Assembly: GCF_009914755.1 (NCBI RefSeq)
Contig: NC_060930.1
Origin: the human T2T-CHM13v2.0 reference genome, Homo sapiens
Reading direction: 5' to 3' (one strand)
Length of the DNA: 64,000 nt
The position numbers were made by a program, and so were the translations under genes. Shown here in pieces: positions 51,977-64,000 of the stretch. The notes under the pieces were generated by a model. It was given only the letters and a program-made list of their open reading frames with translations, was not told the origin of the DNA and did no database searches. Each line of letters opens with the position of its first letter. The stretch's first letter is position 1.

Positions 51977-52064
51977 GGACCAGGGTGCAGGGAAGGTGGG
52001 CAGGGGCCGGGCACAAGGCGGGACCAGGGTGCAGGGAAGGTGGGCAGGGGCCGGGCACAAGGCG
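51977..52064. repeat. Perfect 2 x 44 bp tandem duplication
   Basis: GGACCAGGGTGCAGGGAAGGTGGGCAGGGGCCGGGCACAAGGCG occurs twice. Confidence 0.95.
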
Positions 52065-53754
52065 AGGTCTGGCTTCTGTGGTGTGGTCCAGGACTTCTTA
52101 ACATTTCCTTACCATGGCACACACAGAAACAGAAAAGTCTGTGGCACACCGGGGCAAACCACAGGATTTGGGAGCATCTGCAGGGGGCAGGAGGGAGAAA
52201 ATGCCTTTTTTATGTTATGTAATCGTGAAAGAAAAGTAAAACACAAAGCAGGAGGAAAGATCTTAAAAGGTTGAGTTTGAACAATACTTCCAGCAAAGGT
52301 CTACTCAAACTTTAAATGAAAATTTTAGCTTGTTCTTACAAACATAACTCTTTTACACCAAGCTTTATGAGTAAATTGGCTACAAGAATTTCCTGACTCA
52401 GAATTTAAGGAGTCACTGTGATAACCACTTGGTTATTAACATTATTAATAGTACAACAAAATAGCATTCTTGTATTGAGAGACAACAGTCCTGCTCTCAC
52501 GCTTAAGTGATTAAAAGCGGCCGCTTCTCCTGGTTGACTGAATGTCCTGTCTGGCCATTACACAAAAATTGGAAAAGTTGGTCTTTCTAAAATGGGCTGA
52601 GAAGCATGTGATCATTCTATACATCTTTTTTTATTTTCTCTCATTGAAAAACGTAGTTGAAATTTCTTATGATAATGCAAAAAGATTTCCAATCTAATGG
52701 CACTTTTAAAAATCAAGTATTTCAAAGTCACAATAAAATTTTTCCATAAGAAGATGCAGGTATTTCTGTACTAATTTTTTTCTTTAGGATTCATATTATA
52801 GCACTAACTACACATGACTGGAAAACCAAATTTAACAACATTTTTCCAAAGTTGAATTTTTGCTTCACACTTATGAGCTGTGTTTTTATGTTAGTATATT
52901 TCAATTATACGCAATTTAAATATGTCAGGGAAGAAAGCCAGTTTTTGAAGAAAATACTATCCTCAACAAATCTTTTATAAAAAGTTTTTCTTCAATTTTT
53001 TTAAATGTTTGATAAAACTTCCTGGGGTCATCAGGCATTTTAGTGGGAAATCTCTGGGTGGTCTTCAGATTCCATTTCTTCTCTTGAAGCTAAAACTGGA
53101 CAAAGCAATAACGACTTGGATTTCAACAACCCATCATTGAGCATGGAAGTCCAATTTACAAGTAATTCTGTGTTGTTTTGTTTTTACATAAGGAGACTCT
53201 GTGATTACTACTGTGCAATATTGGAGTCTAGGGATTTTCAGAACAAACTCTCAAGTGGAGGCCATCACACCTCCTCTGACTTCATCCACAGGGTGGGTGG
53301 ACCGACACAGGTGGGGTTTCCATCAATCTCATTTGTCTCAAGTATTCAAGTACTACTTTGGATATTTACTTGTTTGTTTTGGTACTTCCTTCAGGACAAA
53401 TTATTTTCTTCCAAGAATGTCTCTTCAGGGATTCTAACTGGGGCTATTAACAATCACTAATGTCTATATACAGAATAATTCATCTGCAATAAAAACTTTT
53501 TAAATCAATTTCTGGGTCAGAGTTGGGAAGTCAATGAGTTGGATTTTATACTTACTTCCCTCACCAAAAATGATACAACAGTAAGGGGTTCCTAACTAAA
53601 ACTCTATTAGTACTTTAGAATTTATACTAAATCTACTCTTGAATATTTCCCTAGGTCAAACATCTCTCAATACAAGAATGCTATTTTGTTATACTATTAA
53701 TAATGTTGAAGTGCATAAGATTTTATAATATACTAATATTTTACATGTATTTTT

Positions 53755-53836
53755 TCAAACTCCTGACCTCAGGTGATCTGCCTGCCTCAGCCTCCCGAAG
53801 TGCTGAGATTACAGGCGTGAGCCACCGTGCCTGGCC
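53755..53836 (-). mobile_element. Alu 5' fragment (~82 nt) flanked by TSDs
   Basis: Minus strand GGCCAGGCACGGTGGCTCACGCCTGTAATC...GAGGTCAGGAGTTTGA; TSD ATATTTTACATGT(A/G)TTTT on both sides. Confidence 0.9.
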
Positions 53837-53988
53837 ATATTTTACATGTGTTTTCTATCGGGCAATTGGTGGGATCATTTCTTTTATCATTCATAGTAGC
53901 GTTTAGGCCATTTTTTTCCTTTTTTCTTATCACCACCATTTGGGACAGGGAGTATGGTTGCTGTGCTGTTTTTGCTGTTGTTGATTTT

Positions 53989-54072
53989 CTCTCTCTCTCT
54001 CTCTCTCCCTCTGTCTCTGTCTCTATGTGTGTGTGTGGGTGTGTGTGTGTGTGTGTGTATGTATATATATAT
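53989..54072. repeat. Compound (CT)n-(GT)n-(AT)n microsatellite
   Basis: Directly visible. Confidence 0.92.
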
Positions 54073-55959
54073 TTTTTTTTACTATTGTGCAGATACAGTT
54101 GAGGTGCATAAAGAGAAGGAGTATGATGTGCAAGGCACACACCTGTACTCAGCTGAGTGCCACAATACACAGAAGCCCGAAATAGCTGTAGGAAGCCGGT
54201 GGCGGCTGCACTGCTGCTCCTAATATACACTTCCTTGCACCTGTGTCCTGAGCCCTTTGCCGAGTGACTTGGCTGTGCCCCTGGTGAGAAGAGGTGAACA
54301 TTCCCCTTCATCCCATTCACCGACCTGCACGTGGCCGTGTGGCCTACTCTGGACTACAGCAGACACTGGGAGAGCCTACAGATGGGCTTGCAGTTTGCTG
54401 GCATCCTGCACTTTTGTCCTCTGCCATAAGCAGAACCGATCCAGGTGGGCACTTGTCCCACAGTGAGGAGACACCTGCAGGGCTCTAACCCATGTCCAGA
54501 GCAGAGCCCGGCCCACCCTTGTGCAAAGCCACCAACATTATCACGGCAAGAGTGCATGCAGCCTCTAACTCCCCCTCCAAAATCTCTTCCACCCTTTCTG
54601 TTTCCTTATCATATCACAGCCCACACCAAAAATTATCACTAGCTGGCATATAAGAACTAAAACATAGGTCATATTTTCTACGTTTAGTCAAAAAACTTGC
54701 CTACGACGTGTATTGTTTCAAAGGCTGACAGTTTCTCTCCAGTCATGGTTTTTTGGCAATATGAGCAATGGATGTCTGGGATGAAAACTCTGCCATATAG
54801 AATGTAGCCTACAGAGCACGTATTCAGATTTATGCCCTCTAAATGGATTACTACATTCTGAATGGCATTAACTTTCCAATGAGTAAGAGCCACTCATTCA
54901 CCTCTCTCCTCTATTCCCAGTCCTTGAAATAGTTGATTTCAAATGTTTTCACCTAAGGTAAATGATAATATATGCAAAGATTTTGTACAAACTCCAGGGG
55001 AATTCCTGAGATATCTCACAAAGTTTGAATCTATGGAGACAAAGGAAAATTGTGCAACGAGTGGTGTTTTCTTTCACATAGTGCAGCAGACAGGATCACA
55101 TGCCTCCAACGTGGGAAGGGGAACACGTCGACCCTAGGCAAGCAGAGGGCCTTAGCATGCTGACTCTGCAGGCTCATCCTGGGGCCTGCCTGAGCAGCCG
55201 TGTGGGCACCGGGACTGCAGTCCTTTCCCCTGCCTGCCCCAGCCCCACCATCTCTTGCCTGGAGGTCATTTGGCCACCCTCTTAGTGTCAAAGGCAGAAG
55301 CTATGAGAAAGAAGGATAGGAGAGGGATGCGGACCAGTTTTCAAATCCGGCAGGAGGAGCAAGGTCCTGGGGAGCATGTGGTGGAAGGTGAGCATCCCGA
55401 CCTAGGAAGGCATTTCCGAATGCAGGGAACACAGTCACACCAAAGCGTATGTCCATAACCATCGTGGAAACTAACTAGGCCTTCTGACGAGAAATACAGA
55501 AGGGAGAGCCCATGCACACTAAACTACCACAATATTTGAGCAACAGAGCGAGAAAGAAGCCAGCACCATAATTTAAGAAGCTTAATATGGTGCTTGACTA
55601 TTTGGGGTGAATAATTACTCAATATTTTAAAATTTTCTTTGTATATTTTAATTTATTACCTTTCTTCCAGAAGTCACACTCACCAAAATCTATTCTTTTG
55701 CAATTATACCAATGAAATTAGAGATATGGCCTCTGACCCTTTCCCACTTTTGAGTCTAGGACTTTAAGGAAACTACATCATCATTACGAAGACTGGGGAG
55801 CAACAGCGTCATGGGCACCGCTCTGCTCTGCATGAAGGAGTCCGACAGCTGCCAGCGGGGAGCTTTGGTGGTGCCAAATCCCCTGGAGAGAGGAGGCTGC
55901 AGCCCCAGGCAGCAGGGAGCCCTGGAGGAAGCTGCCTCTGCAGACTCGCGGGAATGCCA

Positions 55960-56065
55960 GCTCCGGGTTTCATTCCTTTGTTCACTGCTGCTTCCCAAGT
56001 GCCAGACGGAGCCTGGAACTCAGTGGCTGCTCTAAAGATACTGTTGAATGAGTAAATGAACGGAA
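55960..56065 (+). mobile_element. L2 3' end
   Basis: TTTGTTCACTGCTG...GCCTGG...AAAGATACTGTTGAATGAGTAAATGAA. Confidence 0.6.
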
Positions 56066-56289
56066 TTGCACAGGAGCGAGGCCACAGTTCTACAGCTGAG
56101 CTGCCTGTCACGGCCCTCACCCAACCACCACTGCTGGAAATGTGCAGACAGGGTGTGCCTCTCCCGTTTAAGGGAAATGTATTGAGATATCATTCACATA
56201 CATGGCACGTGCTCAGGGAGCCCCCCAGGATGACAGAGCTCACCCATCACCCCACAGAACGTCTCTGCCCCATCCAGGCAGGCCCCAGA

Positions 56290-57660
56290 GTACACTGGGT
56301 CTGGCTTCTTTAGTCAGAGGTGGTTTGAGTGAGTCTAGAGACTTCATAGAATCTGGGTCACAGAGCAGGCACCCTTTTCCATCTGGTGTCTTCCACTCAG
56401 CGTAGCGGTCCCGAGATCCAGCGTGTCTCTGCTAGGATCAGCGGTTTGCTCCTTGGTGTTGCTGAGGAAAATTCTACTGCATGGAACACCACCATCTATC
56501 CACACTGGATAGACACCAGATGAGTGCTTCCGCCTGCTGTGAATGAAGCTCCTATGAACAGTCTCATATTAGGTATGAAAGGAAAATAAATCAATCACTA
56601 AACAAAGGGGAAAGTCAAGCTGGGAGCTGCCTCCCATCCTATTCCTAAATAAGATAGCTACAAAGATAAAAACGCTGTTCCTCCCTCACAATTTGCTCAC
56701 AAGGAACTTCCTTGTGGAACAAGGACAGACAGAACTCAATCATCCCTCCGCTCACATGAGACAAACACAGATCGGAATGCTTCCTCCGCCCTGTTGTTTC
56801 ACCCAGCCAGACTAAGGCATACGTAACTATTCCAGTAAATTGTGCATTCGGTGAAAGGCTAATCAGAAACTTAAAAGAATGCAGCCATTTGTCTCTTATC
56901 TACCTACAACCTGGAAGCCCCCTGCGCGCTTTGACTTGTCCTGTCTTTCCAGATAGAACCAATGTACATCATACATATAATGATTGATGTCTCATGTCTC
57001 CCTAAAATGTATAAAACCAAGCTGTTCCCCGACCACCATCACCAGGACCTCCTGAGGCTGTGTCACGGCACGTCCTCAACCTTGGCAAAATAACTTTCTA
57101 AATTTATTGAGACTTGTCTCAGATACTTTTTGGTTTACAAAGGTGTTTGTGGACATGTATATTCATTTCTCATAGATAAGTACCTAGAAGTTGAATTGCT
57201 TAGACATGAGTAAATGTATGTTTAACTTTTTCAGAAACTCCCGAACATATTTCCAAACTATACCGTTTTACACTCTGTCAGCAGAATTTAAAAGTTTCCA
57301 CTGAACCACATCCTTGTCAACGTTTGGTATTGTCAATATGTTTAAGTTATTGATATTGTTCTAGTGAATGTGTAGAGACATCTCGTTTTGGTTTTAATTT
57401 GCATTTTCCTAATGAGGAATAATACTGAGAAATTTTTTCTTTCATATTGTCATATATGTGTCTTCTTTCTTAAAGTGCCTAGTCAAATATTTTGCTCATT
57501 TTTTATTGCTTTTTATTATAAACTGTGTTTTTTTAAATATTATCTTAACACACGTCTTTTGGCTGATATAATATTGTAAATATTTTCTCCCATTCTGTGG
57601 TCTACTTATTGTTTCCTAATGCTGTCTTTTGAAGAGCAAAATATTTTTCTCCATTTATGG
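56290..57660 (-). mobile_element. Old L1 (L1ME-like) fragment interrupted by MER4A
   Basis: Antisense L1 motifs (GATAAGTACCTAGAAGTTGAATTGCT, GGTTTTAATTTGCATTTTCCTAATGA) continue on both sides of the LTR. Confidence 0.7.
56574..57139 (+). mobile_element. MER4A solo LTR (ERV1)
   Basis: TATGAAAGGAAAATAAATC...AAAGTCAAGCTGGGA...AAATAAGATAGCTACAAAGATAAAA...CCCTAAAATGTATAAAACCAAGCTG...TGGTTTACA; flanks TAGG/AAGG. Confidence 0.88.
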
Positions 57661-58130
57661 AGACAAGATGGTCAACTTAGCTATTCCAAAATGTTTTTAA
57701 AATTCTAGTTTGTTTTAAAACAACCACAGCAAACTGCATGGATTTGTTCCACATCTTTGAAAGAAAAACATTATTTTATTTATTTCACAGTGGAAGATAA
57801 GTCAGTAAGGCCCCACTTCGGCAGGTTTTGTTTTCGTTTCCTCATGCCTCTGCAATGCTCGGAGTCACCCACGCCTTACTCACTGCGGCTGGAACGAACC
57901 CAGACTCCTCACTCCTCCCACAGCCTCTGGCGCAGGGCGCTCCTTGCTTGAAAGAAACGTTTGCGATTTTTAGTGGAAACGTCCGTGTTTTCTTGGTAAC
58001 TGGTAAATGGCTGTAGATTACTGACACGCGGTCCTTTGTACGTAACAGAAGGCTTTGAGTGTTTCTGTGAGGATCACCCTGTGAAGAAACGGCTGCAGTG
58101 AGAGCAGCCGAGGCGGGACGCAGCCCCGGA

Positions 58131-58195
58131 CGTGGGGTCAGAGAGGAGCCGTGCGTGGGGTCAGAGAGGAGCCGTGCGTGGGGTCAGAGAGGAGC
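58131..58195. repeat. ~2.8 x 23 bp tandem repeat
   Basis: CGTGGGGTCAGAGAGGAGCCGTG repeated. Confidence 0.92.
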
Positions 58196-59944
58196 TGAGT
58201 TCAGGACGGGCATGGCAGCCGCAGGAGGAGGGCAAGGCGGAGCCCAGGAGGGGCAAAGTGGACAAAGCCAGGGCTGGAGAGGGGAGACCCAGGATCAGCA
58301 CCACGTTCCACGGGGATGGCACAGAAGCCTGAGAGGCCACGGCCAAATGTGGAAATTGGCTTTGCCAAATCTTGCATTTCAGAGAGAAAAGGCAATATGG
58401 CATTAATGCTTGCCTTGTTTAATTTTCGTAATTTTCCCTTTCTTCCTGCCAATAGCTTGCTTTGTTATCCGGAGGGTAGCCACGGTTTTAGCTCACAGTG
58501 ATGTCAACTTGAAGCTTCTCTCCACAAGCAGCTGTGACCTCAGCTGCCGTGCAGTCAGCTTCCCCGGCCTCCCTCCCCAGCCTCCCTGGTCTCCCAGGCA
58601 CAAGGCTGGGCACTGGCTTCAGAGTGGCTGCAAGGGCACGGCCCCCAGGCCTAGGGCTGATCAGCGTGAACAGTACCCAGCACACTTGCTTCAAAAAGTA
58701 AGAAGATATAGAACACAAGCTGCTTGTTCTCATGACTATAGCACAAACTATAAAACAAAACATCTTCCTCCAGAACACGGCAAGCTGGATGGATAGTGAT
58801 CTGGACAAAAATTTGCTGTAGGTTTTGTAACTGGGGTTCAGTGAGGACCAGGCTCCCCAGAGCATACATGTGGAGACAATTAAGTTGATCCCATTTTCCA
58901 AGACTCAGAGGAGATGTATTTATATTAGGAATATAAACTTGCTATTAATGCAACTTCAGAATGTCCAGGTCATCCGTTGGGAAAAAAAAAAGAGTAAGTC
59001 TAGGGCTGGTTCGTGCTGTTGCTACATGGAGGGAATCCACATCCAAGCCTGCCGCTCACATGCTGGGACACATTGCCTCAGCCTCCATCTCTGGGAGTCC
59101 CACGCTTTCTCTCCTGGGTTGTCCCACTATTCCTTTTGAAGTCCTCATGTTAGTGACAGTTCAATTTTCTCTTCACCTTCAAAATTGCAGAGAACCTAAT
59201 TTCTACTGACCAGTCAAGCTTGTTTCATTTATCTTCCATGTTAACTTCAATTAAAATGTTAACCATCTGGAATCTTTGGCCTCTTATGTGACAAAAATAG
59301 GCATTAAATTGTATCATTTCTTAAATTCTCTGTTGAAAAGTCCAAATACGTTACTGAATATGATACAGATTAGTAAGAATTTGGGCTCATTAAATGTAAG
59401 ATAATTTCATAGCTTAAGGTAATTTCACACCCCAAGGGACTTATAACCTAAACACAAAGCAGATCACCAACATTAACTGTCAGCTGTCCACTGGAGAACT
59501 ATCTCAGACAAAAAAATAAAATTTGGATTAGCTCTCCATGGTGCACAATACTTTCATGAACCATCTCTTTTGGGTTGGCAGCTGCAGTGTGTTCTGAGAG
59601 TATGTTAATGCTACAATAACAGTAAAAATAAAATTAAGTTGGGAACATACAGAAAAAAAGAAATTGATTACATTATTCCTAATGACGACCTGAATCAAAG
59701 TTGGCACTAAATAAATTTTTGTCAGAAAGGAGAAAAGAAATGAGAGAAATAAAAGAGAGGAGGCAGGATTTTATATTCTGCTCCCTTTTTGGAAAAACAT
59801 ATTTGTGTGAGCTATATGAAATTGCTATTCAAAACCATTTGCATGTTGGTCATTGGGTATGGCTCAGTCTAGTCTTATCACCACAGAGATATCTGCTAGG
59901 TATCTGAGAAAGATTTCTTGGTGGTCCTGTCAAACGGTGAGTTG

Positions 59945-59962
59945 GTGCTGCCACCTGGTTCC
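59945..59962 (-). promoter_or_regulatory. CTCF-like motif GGAACCAGGTGGCAGCAC
   Basis: Matches the CCAGGTGGCAGC core; motif only, binding unknown. Confidence 0.35.
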
Positions 59963-62298
59963 TCCAGGCTGCTTGACCTGCATGTGGGTACATGACTCAC
60001 ACAGGTTATCTTTTTCTCCATTAAGTAGCCAATCATTTGCCAAACAGTGATAACAGCACCTTTACTCTGAAAACACCCAGGCGTCCTCCTTCAATAAGTC
60101 TGAAATACACACAGTTTTCTTTAAGCTAAGGAAAAAGAATGAGCTCCCACATCTGCAAAGAATGCCTTAAACAGAATGTCAAAAACGAACAGATATTGTT
60201 TATTCCAGCATGTTCAGACCACCCCCCTTGGTGGCCAGACTTGGGACCACGATCACATTCTTGCTTTGTTGTCTAAAGAACATGGACTTGCCAAAGTTGT
60301 GCAAGCCCCATGACATGTGCCACATGATATGAATCATCTTATCACGCAAGCACCACAAGGAATCTTCACAGCCTGTAATCACGGAGACAGCAGGCTAGAC
60401 AGAGCCGGGGCTCATCCTTCCTCCCCTGCACATCCATGGCTGGGCTGCCAGGGCTGCAGGTGGACAGCACTTGTCCACAGGTGTGTGCCCAGCCGTGGGC
60501 TCCTCACCAGCCTGTGTCCACTCGGTTGGTGAAGCAGGACCACCACAGATCAAGAAAGCTGTCCTGGGGCATGGGTGAGCAAAGACTGCGGGCTCTGGTA
60601 CCAGGCGACCCGGCCTAGTGTCTGAACCTGGACTTTCCTTGAGACCTGAGCGCCCTGGCCTGCAGCTGAGCCCTCCCGGACACCCTGGCTGCTCTGTCCT
60701 GCGTGAGGTGCAGCTGGAAAGCCTGGCTCAGTCCTCGTCACACAGACCTTGGAAAAGGCCAGGGCCTCTCAGCCTGATCAAGTCGACAGACTTTGCACGG
60801 GAGCAGTATGCCTTTAAATGGATTTTCCAAGACAGAATGTCATGGCTTCTCTCTGTGGCACAGCTCTTGATAAGTATTTGGAAAGTGAGGCTAAGAATAA
60901 CAACAATGCCTATCAAACACACAGGTCTATTAGAACAATGAGACGATGAATTGGAATCAAGTGAAAACTAAAAAGCTCTACATAAACATGTTATTTTTAT
61001 TACTACCTTTTGATGAAGGCAGAGCAACCAACCAGTTTTACGTTACAACACACTGTTCACTACTTCAGAACATTTCATTATGGATAGAATAGTACAGATA
61101 AAAAATAAACATGATACATCCCACCATTAGAAAGGCAGATCTCTAAGGCATCCACTCACAGCACCACCTACTCCTCCTCTGAGTGGTGTGGGGAGCACTG
61201 CTGATCGGAACCAGGCAGGGAAGCCTCTTGAGTCTACAGTGGCCAAGTCCTTCACCCCAGGCCAGAGGCCACACCAGAGCCCTGCCCTCCATGCCCCCTG
61301 GCTTTGTTCTCTGCTTTCCTGGCTGCTGTCTTCCTAGAAAGTCTTCATGGGCAGAGGACTTATACTGCTATTCTTATGCTGCAACCTGACACAGCTCTCT
61401 TCCTAGCAGTGGCTTTGCCAAGTTTGTTTTGTCCTAAGTCTTCCCCTGATAGAGGTCTCTAATAGATTTGGTATTTTACATATTAGAGTTTTCTTCTTTG
61501 ACATTTATTCAGCAATTATTATTTAGATTAAATAATTTTATATTTCTTTTTCTTAAAGTCACATTTGACATTGGAAAAATTTATATAAAAACCATAGCAA
61601 TATGTGTCAGAAACAGTATGTCAAAATTTTAAATGATTTACTGAAATTAAGAATATTAAATAAGACTCTGGGCTTTCTACATCTGCTTTATTTATCTATT
61701 TTTAGCTAGTTTTAAATAAATTTCATTTTAACCAAGGGGAAACAATATATTTTAAAATGTTTAGGTAACTCTAAGTATTGGAAAAATAAAAATGAGTTAT
61801 TCTAAACTTTTGCTTCTCAAAAATATTACGAGAAAAATGCAGGCACATTTATGGTCGATGTGTGAAAGTTCCAGTAAGGATCCCAGGAAGTCAACCCTGT
61901 GACATTTCTTAGAAGGTGAGGTCACAGCACACTGCGTCTCTTGTGAAAATAGAGACAAGTGGTGGCTGGTGAAGCTCTGGGTGGGATGAAAGCCCCCAGC
62001 TCCCTGGTTTCACGGATAAAAGAGACCACTCTAGATCAGGGCATTCCGGCTGGTCCCAGGAGTCCTCACATGGGGCATCACAGGCTGCTGAGGTTATCTG
62101 GAATCTTGAATTGCCTTGGAAGCATCCTCATTCTTCTAGGATCTTATAACCGTGGGGTCCTGGGATCTTAGGAGTCTGATACATGCAGAGTCAATTCCCA
62201 GGACAGGCAGCCTCTGGAGCCCTGCCTCAGTTGTTCAATCATCAACTGTGGGAGGAGGGCCCAGAAGCCATGCTGTGCACAGAGACAAAGGTCCTGGG

Positions 62299-62775
62299 AC
62301 AGAGGCCATGCTCACCATGCAGAACCCATGGGCAGAGGCCACGGTCACCACACAGAACCCACGGGCAGAGACCACGGTCACCACACAGAACCCATGTGCA
62401 GAGCCCATACTCACCACACAGAACCCACGGACACAGCCCATGCTCACGACACAGAACCCACAGGGAGAGGTCACGCTTACCACACAGAACTCATGGTCAG
62501 AGGCCACGCTCACCACGCAGAACCCACAGGCAGAGGCCACACTCACCAAGCAGAACCCACAGTCAGAGACCATGCTCGGCACGTGGAACCCATGGGCAGA
62601 GGCCTCACCATGCAGAACCCACGAGCAGAGGCCACACTAACCATGCAGAACCTAGGGAAGAGGCCAGGCTCACCACGCAGAACCCACGGGAAGAGGCCAC
62701 CCTCACCATGCAGAGCCATGTGCAGAGGCCACGCTCACCACACAGAACCCACGCTCACCATGCAGAGCCATGGGC
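62299..62775. repeat. Degenerate minisatellite, ~14 x 33 bp (GCAGAGGCCACGCTCACCACACAGAACCCACGG)
   Basis: Directly visible; gives the 11-aa periodic ORFs at 62152-62804. Confidence 0.93.
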
Positions 62776-63566
62776 CGACTAATCAGAAGACCAGAGCCAG
62801 TTAGGACTGTTAACTGCTTTATTTTCACTGCCCAAAAGAAATTCTCTCTTTTTTCTTCCAACTCTAATTATCAAACAAATACTATATTATGTTTTATTGA
62901 AAGATATTTTGTTTTAACTTTACCAAATTCTGTGCAGAAGTACTGGACACCATTTCCATTTTCCCAATGAAGGGGATCCCTTTTGAGGAGCAGAAAGACA
63001 TAAAACTCTGACATGGCACACACAGAGGGGAGGAGCTTGCAAACGGGGGAAATCTGAGGCAAGTCTCAAAATATGAAAAACAGTTGCTGCTTCTGGCCCC
63101 CTGATGGATGAACCACTACTTCTTACTTTTAAGTTGTTCCTCACAGCATTCCTGGACCCAGCTCACAGGTCAGTGGTTACTCAGCTAGAAAGAGCTGGAG
63201 TTTACCATCCAAGGTAGCTGTGGCAAGCTGTAATTGAAAATAAAATACCATGTAATTCCAATCGCCTTTTATTAATTGATAACTCTATAAGAAAATAAGC
63301 CCAAAGTGTGTTATTTTCCTTATTTTTAATGTTCTGGAACATCGAGTAAAATACATTAACATAGTAGAATCTATATATACAACAGATATTATGCTGATGA
63401 TTAATTAATTCAAACTACATTTCACTGCTGTTTTAATAATTTTAGGTGCCCTGGTCAGAGCCGATCCCTCTATGGTGCACAAAAGGGCATGGAACATCCT
63501 GGTTAGCGCCTACACACCTCCTTCCAGGCAGAGCTGAGGAGCTGGCCGCAGGAGAGCACTCCTGAC

Positions 63567-63623
63567 GGAGGAGGAGGAGGAGGAGGAGGAGGAGGAGGAG
63601 GAGGAGGAGGAGGTGGTGGTGGT
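63567..63623. repeat. (GGA)15(GGT)4 trinucleotide repeat
   Basis: Counted directly. Confidence 0.97.
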
Positions 63624-64000
63624 GCCAGGAATCCACCCCACCCAGATAGCAACTGTACTGGCAAACTCTGATGTACGTACTTCCAGTACTTTCAATTTAT
63701 GGAGTCTGTTGAAGGCTTGCAACTTCCAGAGGAAGACTTGAACTATAAACTGTGGTTAATTTTTGTCAACTTCAGATTCTGGCACATTAGCAGCTCCACC
63801 TCCCTGACCCCACCCTCATGCACACCTTTCAAAAGTGGTCTCCATAGGGCCTGCAGAACCCAGGATGGGCAGAAAGCACCCATCCTCCAAATGTCAGGGA
63901 CCTGTTCTCTGATCAGCGATGGATGCTTCTTCTTACAGAGGGTGCAAATAGGCGAGCAGCCATTGTTACTGTTCCCACATGGCTACAAGCCCCTTTCCTC

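Noticed and set aside
55562-55594. Hairpin AGCACCATA...TATGGTGCT as a miRNA or MITE
   Set aside because: Only ~33 nt, too short for a pre-miRNA, with no TSD or terminal-repeat family signature

Overview
Primate, very probably human, genomic DNA: it contains AluY, AluS and AluJ, L1PA, THE1B and MER4A. I can support no protein-coding gene, RNA gene or CRISPR. The long ORFs in the track are stop-free minisatellites or transposon remnants (L1 ORF1/ORF2, a MULE transposase). The window looks intergenic or intronic, and its minisatellite density suggests a distal chromosome arm. It has four minisatellites (units of 42, ~43, 22 and 33 bp) and many 2-3 copy local duplications. Main structures: (1) an ~11 kb old two-LTR non-autonomous ERV1/MER4-group provirus (36542-47528) with a tRNA-Leu primer-binding site (PBS) and polypurine tract (PPT), holding a nested THE1B (itself split by an L1PA), an older L1 3' end and an AluY; (2) a 45-copy G/CpG-rich 22-bp VNTR with a readable variant code; (3) a Ricksha-type MULE DNA transposon fossil; (4) a 42-bp VNTR with 3-unit higher-order structure next to a candidate non-coding exon. 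I found no convincing novel biological system, and the findings are testable structural or regulatory hypotheses. Repeat subfamily names come from recalled consensus sequences and need Dfam/RepeatMasker confirmation.
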